Assembly: GCA_977017575.1 (NCBI GenBank)
Contig: CDRNVI010000149.1
Location: 186,001 to 250,000, forward strand
From: Paramoeba atlantica
Taxonomy: Eukaryota > Protista > Discosea
Reading direction: 5' to 3'
DNA length: 64,000 nucleotides
Each line of letters opens with the position of its first letter. Position 1 is the stretch's first letter. Shown one piece after another: positions 49,914 through 64,000 of the stretch. A model generated the notes under the pieces. It saw only the letters and a list, made by a program, of their open reading frames with translations. It did no database searches and had not been told where the DNA came from. A program made the translations under genes and the position numbers.

Positions 49914-52900
49914 TAAAAAAAGAAAATAAAAAATAAATCAAATACATCAATTCAAAACAATTAAGAAATTTGATTGAACCAACTTAAAAAATATCATAGA
50001 TCTGAAACATAAATTCAAAAAATATCACAGAATCAGAAAATAAATTAAGGAATTGCATTCAATATGGAGACATAATTAAGAAATTGAAATTACAAAAAAT
50101 TAATGTAAAAAAAAGAAAATAAAAAATAAATCAAATACATCAATTCAAAACAATTAAGAAATTTGATTGAACCAACTTAAAAAATATCATAGATCTGAAA
50201 CATAAATTCAAAAAATATCACAGAATCAGAAAATAAATTAAGGAATTGCATTCAATATGGAGACATAATTAAGAAATTGAAATTACAAAAAATTAATGTA
50301 AAAAAAAGAAAATAAAAAATAAATCAAATACATCAATTCAAAACAATTAAGAAATTTGATTGAACCAACTTAAAAAATATCATAGATCTGAAACATAAAT
50401 TCAAAAAATATCACAGAATCAGAAAATAAATTAAGGAATTGCATTCAATATGGAGACATAATTAAGAAATTGAAATTACAAAAAATTAATGTAAAAAAAA
50501 GAAAATAAAAAATAAATCAAATACATCAATTCAAAACAATTAAGAAATTTGATTGAACCAACTTAAAAAATATCATAGATCTGAAACATAAATTCAAAAA
50601 ATATCACAGAATCAGAAAATAAATTAAGGAATTGCATTCAATATGGAGACATAATTAAGAAATTGAAATTACAAAAAATTAATGTAAAAAAAAGAAAATA
50701 AAAAATAAATCAAATACATCAATTCAAAACAATTAAGAAATTTGATTGAACCAACTTAAAAAATATCATAGATCTGAAACATAAATTCAAAAAATATCAC
50801 AGAATCAGAAAATAAATTAAGGAATTGCATTCAATATGGAGACATAATTAAGAAATTGAAATTACAAAAAATTAATGTAAAAAAAAGAAAATAAAAAATA
50901 AATCAAATACATCAATTCAAAACAATTAAGAAATTTGATTGAACCAACTTAAAAAATATCATAGATCTGAAACATAAATTCAAAAAATATCACAGAATCA
51001 GAAAATAAATTAAGGAATTGCATTCAATATGGAGACATAATTAAGAAATTGAAATTACAAAAAATTAATGTAAAAAAAAGAAAATAAAAAATAAATCAAA
51101 TACATCAATTCAAAACAATTAAGAAATTTGATTGAACCAACTTAAAAAATATCATAGATCTGAAACATAAATTCAAAAAATATCACAGAATCAGAAAATA
51201 AATTAAGGAATTGCATTCAATATGGAGACATAATTAAGAAATTGAAATTACAAAAAATTAATGTAAAAAAAAGAAAATAAAAAATAAATCAAATACATCA
51301 ATTCAAAACAATTAAGAAATTTGATTGAACCAACTTAAAAAATATCATAGATCTGAAACATAAATTCAAAAAATATCACAGAATCAGAAAATAAATTAAG
51401 GAATTGCATTCAATATGGAGACATAATTAAGAAATTGAAATTACAAAAAATTAATGTAAAAAAAAGAAAATAAAAAATAAATCAAATACATCAATTCAAA
51501 ACAATTAAGAAATTTGATTGAACCAACTTAAAAAATATCATAGATCTGAAACATAAATTCAAAAAATATCACAGAATCAGAAAATAAATTAAGGAATTGC
51601 ATTCAATATGGAGACATAATTAAGAAATTGAAATTACAAAAAATTAATGTAAAAAAAAGAAAATAAAAAATAAATCAAATACATCAATTCAAAACAATTA
51701 AGAAATTTGATTGAACCAACTTAAAAAATATCATAGATCTGAAACATAAATTCAAAAAATATCACAGAATCAGAAAATAAATTAAGGAATTGCATTCAAT
51801 ATGGAGACATAATTAAGAAATTGAAATTACAAAAAATTAATGTAAAAAAAAGAAAATAAAAAATAAATCAAATACATCAATTCAAAACAATTAAGAAATT
51901 TGATTGAACCAACTTAAAAAATATCATAGATCTGAAACATAAATTCAAAAAATATCACAGAATCAGAAAATAAATTAAGGAATTGCATTCAATATGGAGA
52001 CATAATTAAGAAATTGAAATTACAAAAAATTAATGTAAAAAAAAGAAAATAAAAAATAAATCAAATACATCAATTCAAAACAATTAAGAAATTTGATTGA
52101 ACCAACTTAAAAAATATCATAGATCTGAAACATAAATTCAAAAAATATCACAGAATCAGAAAATAAATTAAGGAATTGCATTCAATATGGAGACATAATT
52201 AAGAAATTGAAATTACAAAAAATTAATGTAAAAAAAAGAAAATAAAAAATAAATCAAATACATCAATTCAAAACAATTAAGAAATTTGATTGAACCAACT
52301 TAAAAAATATCATAGATCTGAAACATAAATTCAAAAAATATCACAGAATCAGAAAATAAATTAAGGAATTGCATTCAATATGGAGACATAATTAAGAAAT
52401 TGAAATTACAAAAAATTAATGTAAAAAAAAGAAAATAAAAAATAAATCAAATACATCAATTCAAAACAATTAAGAAATTTGATTGAACCAACTTAAAAAA
52501 TATCATAGATCTGAAACATAAATTCAAAAAATATCACAGAATCAGAAAATAAATTAAGGAATTGCATTCAATATGGAGACATAATTAAGAAATTGAAATT
52601 ACAAAAAATTAATGTAAAAAAAAGAAAATAAAAAATAAATCAAATACATCAATTCAAAACAATTAAGAAATTTGATTGAACCAACTTAAAAAATATCATA
52701 GATCTGAAACATAAATTCAAAAAATATCACAGAATCAGAAAATAAATTAAGGAATTGCATTCAATATGGAGACATAATTAAGAAATTGAAATTACAAAAA
52801 ATTAATGTAAAAAAAAGAAAATAAAAAATAAATCAAATACATCAATTCAAAACAATTAAGAAATTTGATTGAACCAACTTAAAAAATATCATAGATCTGA

Positions 52901-55900
52901 AACATAAATTCAAAAAATATCACAGAATCAGAAAATAAATTAAGGAATTGCATTCAATATGGAGACATAATTAAGAAATTGAAATTACAAAAAATTAATG
53001 TAAAAAAAAGAAAATAAAAAATAAATCAAATACATCAATTCAAAACAATTAAGAAATTTGATTGAACCAACTTAAAAAATATCATAGATCTGAAACATAA
53101 ATTCAAAAAATATCACAGAATCAGAAAATAAATTAAGGAATTGCATTCAATATGGAGACATAATTAAGAAATTGAAATTACAAAAAATTAATGTAAAAAA
53201 AAGAAAATAAAAAATAAATCAAATACATCAATTCAAAACAATTAAGAAATTTGATTGAACCAACTTAAAAAATATCATAGATCTGAAACATAAATTCAAA
53301 AAATATCACAGAATCAGAAAATAAATTAAGGAATTGCATTCAATATGGAGACATAATTAAGAAATTGAAATTACAAAAAATTAATGTAAAAAAAAGAAAA
53401 TAAAAAATAAATCAAATACATCAATTCAAAACAATTAAGAAATTTGATTGAACCAACTTAAAAAATATCATAGATCTGAAACATAAATTCAAAAAATATC
53501 ACAGAATCAGAAAATAAATTAAGGAATTGCATTCAATATGGAGACATAATTAAGAAATTGAAATTACAAAAAATTAATGTAAAAAAAAGAAAATAAAAAA
53601 TAAATCAAATACATCAATTCAAAACAATTAAGAAATTTGATTGAACCAACTTAAAAAATATCATAGATCTGAAACATAAATTCAAAAAATATCACAGAAT
53701 CAGAAAATAAATTAAGGAATTGCATTCAATATGGAGACATAATTAAGAAATTGAAATTACAAAAAATTAATGTAAAAAAAAGAAAATAAAAAATAAATCA
53801 AATACATCAATTCAAAACAATTAAGAAATTTGATTGAACCAACTTAAAAAATATCATAGATCTGAAACATAAATTCAAAAAATATCACAGAATCAGAAAA
53901 TAAATTAAGGAATTGCATTCAATATGGAGACATAATTAAGAAATTGAAATTACAAAAAATTAATGTAAAAAAAAGAAAATAAAAAATAAATCAAATACAT
54001 CAATTCAAAACAATTAAGAAATTTGATTGAACCAACTTAAAAAATATCATAGATCTGAAACATAAATTCAAAAAATATCACAGAATCAGAAAATAAATTA
54101 AGGAATTGCATTCAATATGGAGACATAATTAAGAAATTGAAATTACAAAAAATTAATGTAAAAAAAAGAAAATAAAAAATAAATCAAATACATCAATTCA
54201 AAACAATTAAGAAATTTGATTGAACCAACTTAAAAAATATCATAGATCTGAAACATAAATTCAAAAAATATCACAGAATCAGAAAATAAATTAAGGAATT
54301 GCATTCAATATGGAGACATAATTAAGAAATTGAAATTACAAAAAATTAATGTAAAAAAAAGAAAATAAAAAATAAATCAAATACATCAATTCAAAACAAT
54401 TAAGAAATTTGATTGAACCAACTTAAAAAATATCATAGATCTGAAACATAAATTCAAAAAATATCACAGAATCAGAAAATAAATTAAGGAATTGCATTCA
54501 ATATGGAGACATAATTAAGAAATTGAAATTACAAAAAATTAATGTAAAAAAAAGAAAATAAAAAATAAATCAAATACATCAATTCAAAACAATTAAGAAA
54601 TTTGATTGAACCAACTTAAAAAATATCATAGATCTGAAACATAAATTCAAAAAATATCACAGAATCAGAAAATAAATTAAGGAATTGCATTCAATATGGA
54701 GACATAATTAAGAAATTGAAATTACAAAAAATTAATGTAAAAAAAAGAAAATAAAAAATAAATCAAATACATCAATTCAAAACAATTAAGAAATTTGATT
54801 GAACCAACTTAAAAAATATCATAGATCTGAAACATAAATTCAAAAAATATCACAGAATCAGAAAATAAATTAAGGAATTGCATTCAATATGGAGACATAA
54901 TTAAGAAATTGAAATTACAAAAAATTAATGTAAAAAAAAGAAAATAAAAAATAAATCAAATACATCAATTCAAAACAATTAAGAAATTTGATTGAACCAA
55001 CTTAAAAAATATCATAGATCTGAAACATAAATTCAAAAAATATCACAGAATCAGAAAATAAATTAAGGAATTGCATTCAATATGGAGACATAATTAAGAA
55101 ATTGAAATTACAAAAAATTAATGTAAAAAAAAGAAAATAAAAAATAAATCAAATACATCAATTCAAAACAATTAAGAAATTTGATTGAACCAACTTAAAA
55201 AATATCATAGATCTGAAACATAAATTCAAAAAATATCACAGAATCAGAAAATAAATTAAGGAATTGCATTCAATATGGAGACATAATTAAGAAATTGAAA
55301 TTACAAAAAATTAATGTAAAAAAAAGAAAATAAAAAATAAATCAAATACATCAATTCAAAACAATTAAGAAATTTGATTGAACCAACTTAAAAAATATCA
55401 TAGATCTGAAACATAAATTCAAAAAATATCACAGAATCAGAAAATAAATTAAGGAATTGCATTCAATATGGAGACATAATTAAGAAATTGAAATTACAAA
55501 AAATTAATGTAAAAAAAAGAAAATAAAAAATAAATCAAATACATCAATTCAAAACAATTAAGAAATTTGATTGAACCAACTTAAAAAATATCATAGATCT
55601 GAAACATAAATTCAAAAAATATCACAGAATCAGAAAATAAATTAAGGAATTGCATTCAATATGGAGACATAATTAAGAAATTGAAATTACAAAAAATTAA
55701 TGTAAAAAAAAGAAAATAAAAAATAAATCAAATACATCAATTCAAAACAATTAAGAAATTTGATTGAACCAACTTAAAAAATATCATAGATCTGAAACAT
55801 AAATTCAAAAAATATCACAGAATCAGAAAATAAATTAAGGAATTGCATTCAATATGGAGACATAATTAAGAAATTGAAATTACAAAAAATTAATGTAAAA

Positions 55901-58900
55901 AAAAGAAAATAAAAAATAAATCAAATACATCAATTCAAAACAATTAAGAAATTTGATTGAACCAACTTAAAAAATATCATAGATCTGAAACATAAATTCA
56001 AAAAATATCACAGAATCAGAAAATAAATTAAGGAATTGCATTCAATATGGAGACATAATTAAGAAATTGAAATTACAAAAAATTAATGTAAAAAAAAGAA
56101 AATAAAAAATAAATCAAATACATCAATTCAAAACAATTAAGAAATTTGATTGAACCAACTTAAAAAATATCATAGATCTGAAACATAAATTCAAAAAATA
56201 TCACAGAATCAGAAAATAAATTAAGGAATTGCATTCAATATGGAGACATAATTAAGAAATTGAAATTACAAAAAATTAATGTAAAAAAAAGAAAATAAAA
56301 AATAAATCAAATACATCAATTCAAAACAATTAAGAAATTTGATTGAACCAACTTAAAAAATATCATAGATCTGAAACATAAATTCAAAAAATATCACAGA
56401 ATCAGAAAATAAATTAAGGAATTGCATTCAATATGGAGACATAATTAAGAAATTGAAATTACAAAAAATTAATGTAAAAAAAAGAAAATAAAAAATAAAT
56501 CAAATACATCAATTCAAAACAATTAAGAAATTTGATTGAACCAACTTAAAAAATATCATAGATCTGAAACATAAATTCAAAAAATATCACAGAATCAGAA
56601 AATAAATTAAGGAATTGCATTCAATATGGAGACATAATTAAGAAATTGAAATTACAAAAAATTAATGTAAAAAAAAGAAAATAAAAAATAAATCAAATAC
56701 ATCAATTCAAAACAATTAAGAAATTTGATTGAACCAACTTAAAAAATATCATAGATCTGAAACATAAATTCAAAAAATATCACAGAATCAGAAAATAAAT
56801 TAAGGAATTGCATTCAATATGGAGACATAATTAAGAAATTGAAATTACAAAAAATTAATGTAAAAAAAAGAAAATAAAAAATAAATCAAATACATCAATT
56901 CAAAACAATTAAGAAATTTGATTGAACCAACTTAAAAAATATCATAGATCTGAAACATAAATTCAAAAAATATCACAGAATCAGAAAATAAATTAAGGAA
57001 TTGCATTCAATATGGAGACATAATTAAGAAATTGAAATTACAAAAAATTAATGTAAAAAAAAGAAAATAAAAAATAAATCAAATACATCAATTCAAAACA
57101 ATTAAGAAATTTGATTGAACCAACTTAAAAAATATCATAGATCTGAAACATAAATTCAAAAAATATCACAGAATCAGAAAATAAATTAAGGAATTGCATT
57201 CAATATGGAGACATAATTAAGAAATTGAAATTACAAAAAATTAATGTAAAAAAAAGAAAATAAAAAATAAATCAAATACATCAATTCAAAACAATTAAGA
57301 AATTTGATTGAACCAACTTAAAAAATATCATAGATCTGAAACATAAATTCAAAAAATATCACAGAATCAGAAAATAAATTAAGGAATTGCATTCAATATG
57401 GAGACATAATTAAGAAATTGAAATTACAAAAAATTAATGTAAAAAAAAGAAAATAAAAAATAAATCAAATACATCAATTCAAAACAATTAAGAAATTTGA
57501 TTGAACCAACTTAAAAAATATCATAGATCTGAAACATAAATTCAAAAAATATCACAGAATCAGAAAATAAATTAAGGAATTGCATTCAATATGGAGACAT
57601 AATTAAGAAATTGAAATTACAAAAAATTAATGTAAAAAAAAGAAAATAAAAAATAAATCAAATACATCAATTCAAAACAATTAAGAAATTTGATTGAACC
57701 AACTTAAAAAATATCATAGATCTGAAACATAAATTCAAAAAATATCACAGAATCAGAAAATAAATTAAGGAATTGCATTCAATATGGAGACATAATTAAG
57801 AAATTGAAATTACAAAAAATTAATGTAAAAAAAAGAAAATAAAAAATAAATCAAATACATCAATTCAAAACAATTAAGAAATTTGATTGAACCAACTTAA
57901 AAAATATCATAGATCTGAAACATAAATTCAAAAAATATCACAGAATCAGAAAATAAATTAAGGAATTGCATTCAATATGGAGACATAATTAAGAAATTGA
58001 AATTACAAAAAATTAATGTAAAAAAAAGAAAATAAAAAATAAATCAAATACATCAATTCAAAACAATTAAGAAATTTGATTGAACCAACTTAAAAAATAT
58101 CATAGATCTGAAACATAAATTCAAAAAATATCACAGAATCAGAAAATAAATTAAGGAATTGCATTCAATATGGAGACATAATTAAGAAATTGAAATTACA
58201 AAAAATTAATGTAAAAAAAAGAAAATAAAAAATAAATCAAATACATCAATTCAAAACAATTAAGAAATTTGATTGAACCAACTTAAAAAATATCATAGAT
58301 CTGAAACATAAATTCAAAAAATATCACAGAATCAGAAAATAAATTAAGGAATTGCATTCAATATGGAGACATAATTAAGAAATTGAAATTACAAAAAATT
58401 AATGTAAAAAAAAGAAAATAAAAAATAAATCAAATACATCAATTCAAAACAATTAAGAAATTTGATTGAACCAACTTAAAAAATATCATAGATCTGAAAC
58501 ATAAATTCAAAAAATATCACAGAATCAGAAAATAAATTAAGGAATTGCATTCAATATGGAGACATAATTAAGAAATTGAAATTACAAAAAATTAATGTAA
58601 AAAAAAGAAAATAAAAAATAAATCAAATACATCAATTCAAAACAATTAAGAAATTTGATTGAACCAACTTAAAAAATATCATAGATCTGAAACATAAATT
58701 CAAAAAATATCACAGAATCAGAAAATAAATTAAGGAATTGCATTCAATATGGAGACATAATTAAGAAATTGAAATTACAAAAAATTAATGTAAAAAAAAG
58801 AAAATAAAAAATAAATCAAATACATCAATTCAAAACAATTAAGAAATTTGATTGAACCAACTTAAAAAATATCATAGATCTGAAACATAAATTCAAAAAA

Positions 58901-61767
58901 TATCACAGAATCAGAAAATAAATTAAGGAATTGCATTCAATATGGAGACATAATTAAGAAATTGAAATTACAAAAAATTAATGTAAAAAAAAGAAAATAA
59001 AAAATAAATCAAATACATCAATTCAAAACAATTAAGAAATTTGATTGAACCAACTTAAAAAATATCATAGATCTGAAACATAAATTCAAAAAATATCACA
59101 GAATCAGAAAATAAATTAAGGAATTGCATTCAATATGGAGACATAATTAAGAAATTGAAATTACAAAAAATTAATGTAAAAAAAAGAAAATAAAAAATAA
59201 ATCAAATACATCAATTCAAAACAATTAAGAAATTTGATTGAACCAACTTAAAAAATATCATAGATCTGAAACATAAATTCAAAAAATATCACAGAATCAG
59301 AAAATAAATTAAGGAATTGCATTCAATATGGAGACATAATTAAGAAATTGAAATTACAAAAAATTAATGTAAAAAAAAGAAAATAAAAAATAAATCAAAT
59401 ACATCAATTCAAAACAATTAAGAAATTTGATTGAACCAACTTAAAAAATATCATAGATCTGAAACATAAATTCAAAAAATATCACAGAATCAGAAAATAA
59501 ATTAAGGAATTGCATTCAATATGGAGACATAATTAAGAAATTGAAATTACAAAAAATTAATGTAAAAAAAAGAAAATAAAAAATAAATCAAATACATCAA
59601 TTCAAAACAATTAAGAAATTTGATTGAACCAACTTAAAAAATATCATAGATCTGAAACATAAATTCAAAAAATATCACAGAATCAGAAAATAAATTAAGG
59701 AATTGCATTCAATATGGAGACATAATTAAGAAATTGAAATTACAAAAAATTAATGTAAAAAAAAGAAAATAAAAAATAAATCAAATACATCAATTCAAAA
59801 CAATTAAGAAATTTGATTGAACCAACTTAAAAAATATCATAGATCTGAAACATAAATTCAAAAAATATCACAGAATCAGAAAATAAATTAAGGAATTGCA
59901 TTCAATATGGAGACATAATTAAGAAATTGAAATTACAAAAAATTAATGTAAAAAAAAGAAAATAAAAAATAAATCAAATACATCAATTCAAAACAATTAA
60001 GAAATTTGATTGAACCAACTTAAAAAATATCATAGATCTGAAACATAAATTCAAAAAATATCACAGAATCAGAAAATAAATTAAGGAATTGCATTCAATA
60101 TGGAGACATAATTAAGAAATTGAAATTACAAAAAATTAATGTAAAAAAAAGAAAATAAAAAATAAATCAAATACATCAATTCAAAACAATTAAGAAATTT
60201 GATTGAACCAACTTAAAAAATATCATAGATCTGAAACATAAATTCAAAAAATATCACAGAATCAGAAAATAAATTAAGGAATTGCATTCAATATGGAGAC
60301 ATAATTAAGAAATTGAAATTACAAAAAATTAATGTAAAAAAAAGAAAATAAAAAATAAATCAAATACATCAATTCAAAACAATTAAGAAATTTGATTGAA
60401 CCAACTTAAAAAATATCATAGATCTGAAACATAAATTCAAAAAATATCACAGAATCAGAAAATAAATTAAGGAATTGCATTCAATATGGAGACATAATTA
60501 AGAAATTGAAATTACAAAAAATTAATGTAAAAAAAAGAAAATAAAAAATAAATCAAATACATCAATTCAAAACAATTAAGAAATTTGATTGAACCAACTT
60601 AAAAAATATCATAGATCTGAAACATAAATTCAAAAAATATCACAGAATCAGAAAATAAATTAAGGAATTGCATTCAATATGGAGACATAATTAAGAAATT
60701 GAAATTACAAAAAATTAATGTAAAAAAAAGAAAATAAAAAATAAATCAAATACATCAATTCAAAACAATTAAGAAATTTGATTGAACCAACTTAAAAAAT
60801 ATCATAGATCTGAAACATAAATTCAAAAAATATCACAGAATCAGAAAATAAATTAAGGAATTGCATTCAATATGGAGACATAATTAAGAAATTGAAATTA
60901 CAAAAAATTAATGTAAAAAAAAGAAAATAAAAAATAAATCAAATACATCAATTCAAAACAATTAAGAAATTTGATTGAACCAACTTAAAAAATATCATAG
61001 ATCTGAAACATAAATTCAAAAAATATCACAGAATCAGAAAATAAATTAAGGAATTGCATTCAATATGGAGACATAATTAAGAAATTGAAATTACAAAAAA
61101 TTAATGTAAAAAAAAGAAAATAAAAAATAAATCAAATACATCAATTCAAAACAATTAAGAAATTTGATTGAACCAACTTAAAAAATATCATAGATCTGAA
61201 ACATAAATTCAAAAAATATCACAGAATCAGAAAATAAATTAAGGAATTGCATTCAATATGGAGACATAATTAAGAAATTGAAATTACAAAAAATTAATGT
61301 AAAAAAAAGAAAATAAAAAATAAATCAAATACATCAATTCAAAACAATTAAGAAATTTGATTGAACCAACTTAAAAAATATCATAGATCTGAAACATAAA
61401 TTCAAAAAATATCACAGAATCAGAAAATAAATTAAGGAATTGCATTCAATATGGAGACATAATTAAGAAATTGAAATTACAAAAAATTAATGTAAAAAAA
61501 AGAAAATAAAAAATAAATCAAATACATCAATTCAAAACAATTAAGAAATTTGATTGAACCAACTTAAAAAATATCATAGATCTGAAACATAAATTCAAAA
61601 AATATCACAGAATCAGAAAATAAATTAAGGAATTGCATTCAATATGGAGACATAATTAAGAAATTGAAATTACAAAAAATTAATGTAAAAAAAAGAAAAT
61701 AAAAAATAAATCAAATACATCAATTCAAAACAATTAAGAAATTTGATTGAACCAACTTAAAAAATAT
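49914..61767. repeat. Tandem satellite, 193-bp monomer, ~61.4 copies, ~19% GC
   Basis: GATCT recurs at 49999, 50192 and 50385 (period 193). One BglII site per unit; no variant monomers noticed by eye. Confidence 0.98.
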
Positions 61768-62109
61768 TTTTAAAATGAAAAATAAATTTAAAACATATCA
61801 TAAAATTAAAAAATAAATAAAAACATTTTATTCAATATGGAAACATAATTAAGAAATTGAAATTACAAAAAAATTAATATTAAAAAAATCACTTTTAATA
61901 ATTTCTTGTTCATTCTCTATTTCAAATGTTCAAGTGGAAGAAGGCAAACAACTTCCCACAAACATTTCCTAATAGTGTAAGTCTTGATAACAAGTCAAAC
62001 TATTGTATGAATAAACTAAAAACTGATTTGAGTGGAGAGGTGTGAGGTGGTGGTGGATAAAATTATGTTGTGCTGTCCAGACTTGAAATTTTTCAGAATG
62101 CCCATACTT

Positions 62110-62180
62110 GGGTTGGCGCCCGTAGTTTAGTCGTAAATTCGACTATGTCCAACCTCGGGGGGGCGAGTTCAAATCCCAGT
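62110..62180 (+). other. tRNA-like Pol III promoter (A/B box) in a CpG-rich hairpin; possible SINE head or tRNA relic
   Basis: A-box-like TAGTTTAGTCG (62123) and B-box GTTCAAATCC about 44 nt downstream; does not fold as a full cloverleaf. Confidence 0.35.
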
Positions 62181-62529
62181 TTTTCGATATTATGGAAAAT
62201 TTTTCTGGTGCTGTAGAGTGATTTGATTGGAGTGAGGAGCTCTTGAAGAAGTGTGAAAATCGGAACAGGTTACATCTCAGCCCTGTCTGCTAAAAAGTTG
62301 AGGATAAATTCCCTTGGAAGGAGCTTTGGATTATTCTCCCTTCTGATGTGCATCCTCCAGCCTGAACTTGCAGAAGTTCTAAAGTTCAGCATAAAGACCG
62401 ACTGAACTAAGCTGAAGTTTAAAACTTCACCTCTCGTTAGAGGTTAAAAACAAACATAACTTAATGTAATTCAAATGGCTTAGATTAAGAACTACTAATT
62501 GAATAAAGTCTGCCTCAAAAAGAAAAAAA

Positions 62530-63330
62530 AAAACAGAATGTCCATACTTGTTTAATGAAGTCAGTGCAAGTTTTCCAAGTTGATACAGAAAGTGTGAAGA
62601 AGAGTGAATATTTTTCACTCTTGTTGGAGCTTTCATCAATAAGTCAGATCCACCACCACAATCAAGACTATCATCATCAACAACCTGTTCAACTCAAAAA
62701 GACAGATTTTTGATTAGGACCTTTCAAAAAGCTTCTTCAACAAGATCACATTTATGGGCATGGCAACCAAGAATCTGAAGGATTTTTCCAGCCATTTGAC
62801 TCAATTCTCCAACTGCTGCTGGGTTTGAAGGAGTATGATCCCCCATCACAGATTCAAAGGAAGAGAGGCTCAAAGAATCTGAAAAGGACTGGGTTTTAGG
62901 GAATTTCTTTGCTAGATTTTGGAGACCATTTAAAAGAGAAAAAATATCCTTTGCAATTGACAGGGCATCATGATCAACTGTTTCTCAAATACTTAAATTA
63001 ACATACCTACCTTTGCCCTGGATCCCAATAGAAAGAAGATTTTGTCCTTGTAATGAACTTTCATCATGAGAGAGAGTTGAGGATTTTCATTCTTGGACTC
63101 ATAGTAGTACTTCTAATTTTGATTGGATGCTGCCTTCACAACAAATCTATTGGATTGTGGTTGGTGATGGAAGAGTAGGGTCTTTTTTCAAAAAAATTCA
63201 GAAAAATTCTCAAATTGCAGGAGAAATATTTCTCTGGGCCATATCAAGGGAAGAAAGAGAATTACAATCCACCAGCACCAAGTTCAAGAGTTCTTACCTG
63301 CTCCTCCTCTTCTTCTTTTCCTTTTTCATC
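62530..63330 (-). pseudogene. Second, divergent member of the hAT-like family seen at 5830-8340
   Basis: SHDESSLQGQNLLSI..RYVNLSI*ETVDHDALSIAKDI..LQNLAKKFP..SLSLSSF.SVMGDHT..GCHAHKCDLVEEAF..MKAP..HSSSHFLYQ..NKYGHS aligns motif-for-motif with copy 1. Confidence 0.75.
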
Positions 63331-64000
63331 ATTCTCCTCATCCTCCTCAGTCTTCTTTGCAAGCAAGGAGGTCATGAAATGAAATTTCCTCAGGAAGATC
63401 AATCAAATGATAAACTTTTATCAACAAAAAGATCAAGGTTATTAAATGCTTTGATGTGTGGTGGGCAGCAAATAAAATAACCACAAGCAGGTTGGCTTTC
63501 CTTGTTTCAATCATGACCACTTCATAAACCACCAGAAAATTCCCCACCACTTCCACAAAAGCAGATTGCCCAACTTTATCAAAGAATTTGGGGGCCAATA
63601 AAGAAAAACAACCATTTTCATTCAAAACAAAATGTTCAACAACAATTCACAATTTTCAGTGTTTCAATCATTGGTTCTAGGAGGTGAGTCCTTCTCTAAT
63701 AATTTTTCAATCTAAAACCTTTTTTAATTGTCTTCACCATTTCTCCTCAGACAAGGAAGGAACAGCAATGAATGGTCCAGCATAAGTCATTGCTTTGTGG
63801 TCTGGTCCTTGACAATATTCACACTCAGCTTGCACTACTTTCAAGAATCGCTTCTTTATGGGTTTCATGAGTCTTTTTTCAAAAAAAAAAAAGATCAGTT
63901 TCAAGAAGAGGGTCTTTGAATTTAAAATCCAAAAAAATTTTGGGGATTGAAAGAAATACCTGCCTTAATCAAAGTTGTACAATAATTTTTTTGAGCAATT

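Noticed and set aside
49914-61767. CRISPR array or repetitive coding sequence
   Set aside because: No unique spacers, eukaryotic context, and no ORF in the track.

Overview
Eukaryotic (protist) nuclear DNA. The AT-rich ~2.1 kb 18S ending GCGGATGGATCATTA suggests Amoebozoa; finer placement is not secure. The window looks like a heterochromatic transposon graveyard. Host-type features: the 5' part of a polyubiquitin gene, four tRNA genes (two CpG-decayed), one complete 18S-5.8S-28S rDNA unit, and ~61 copies of a 193-bp satellite. Mobile relics: two hAT-like, three piggyBac-like, one Harbinger/ISL2EU-like, one LINE, an old gypsy RT fragment, and a full-length Skipper-like chromovirus with gag-stop-pro/+1-pol layout. 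The top candidate for an undescribed system is a compact three-gene block at 9.0-14.8 kb. It has a spliced TET/JBP-type 2OG-Fe(II) dioxygenase (HxD..H..R), a divergent orphan gene, and a five-intron RAG1/Transib-like DDE transposase. The block sits in a CpG-retaining island, while other elements show clear CpG->TpG decay. All protein family calls are by-eye motif recognition, not database searches.
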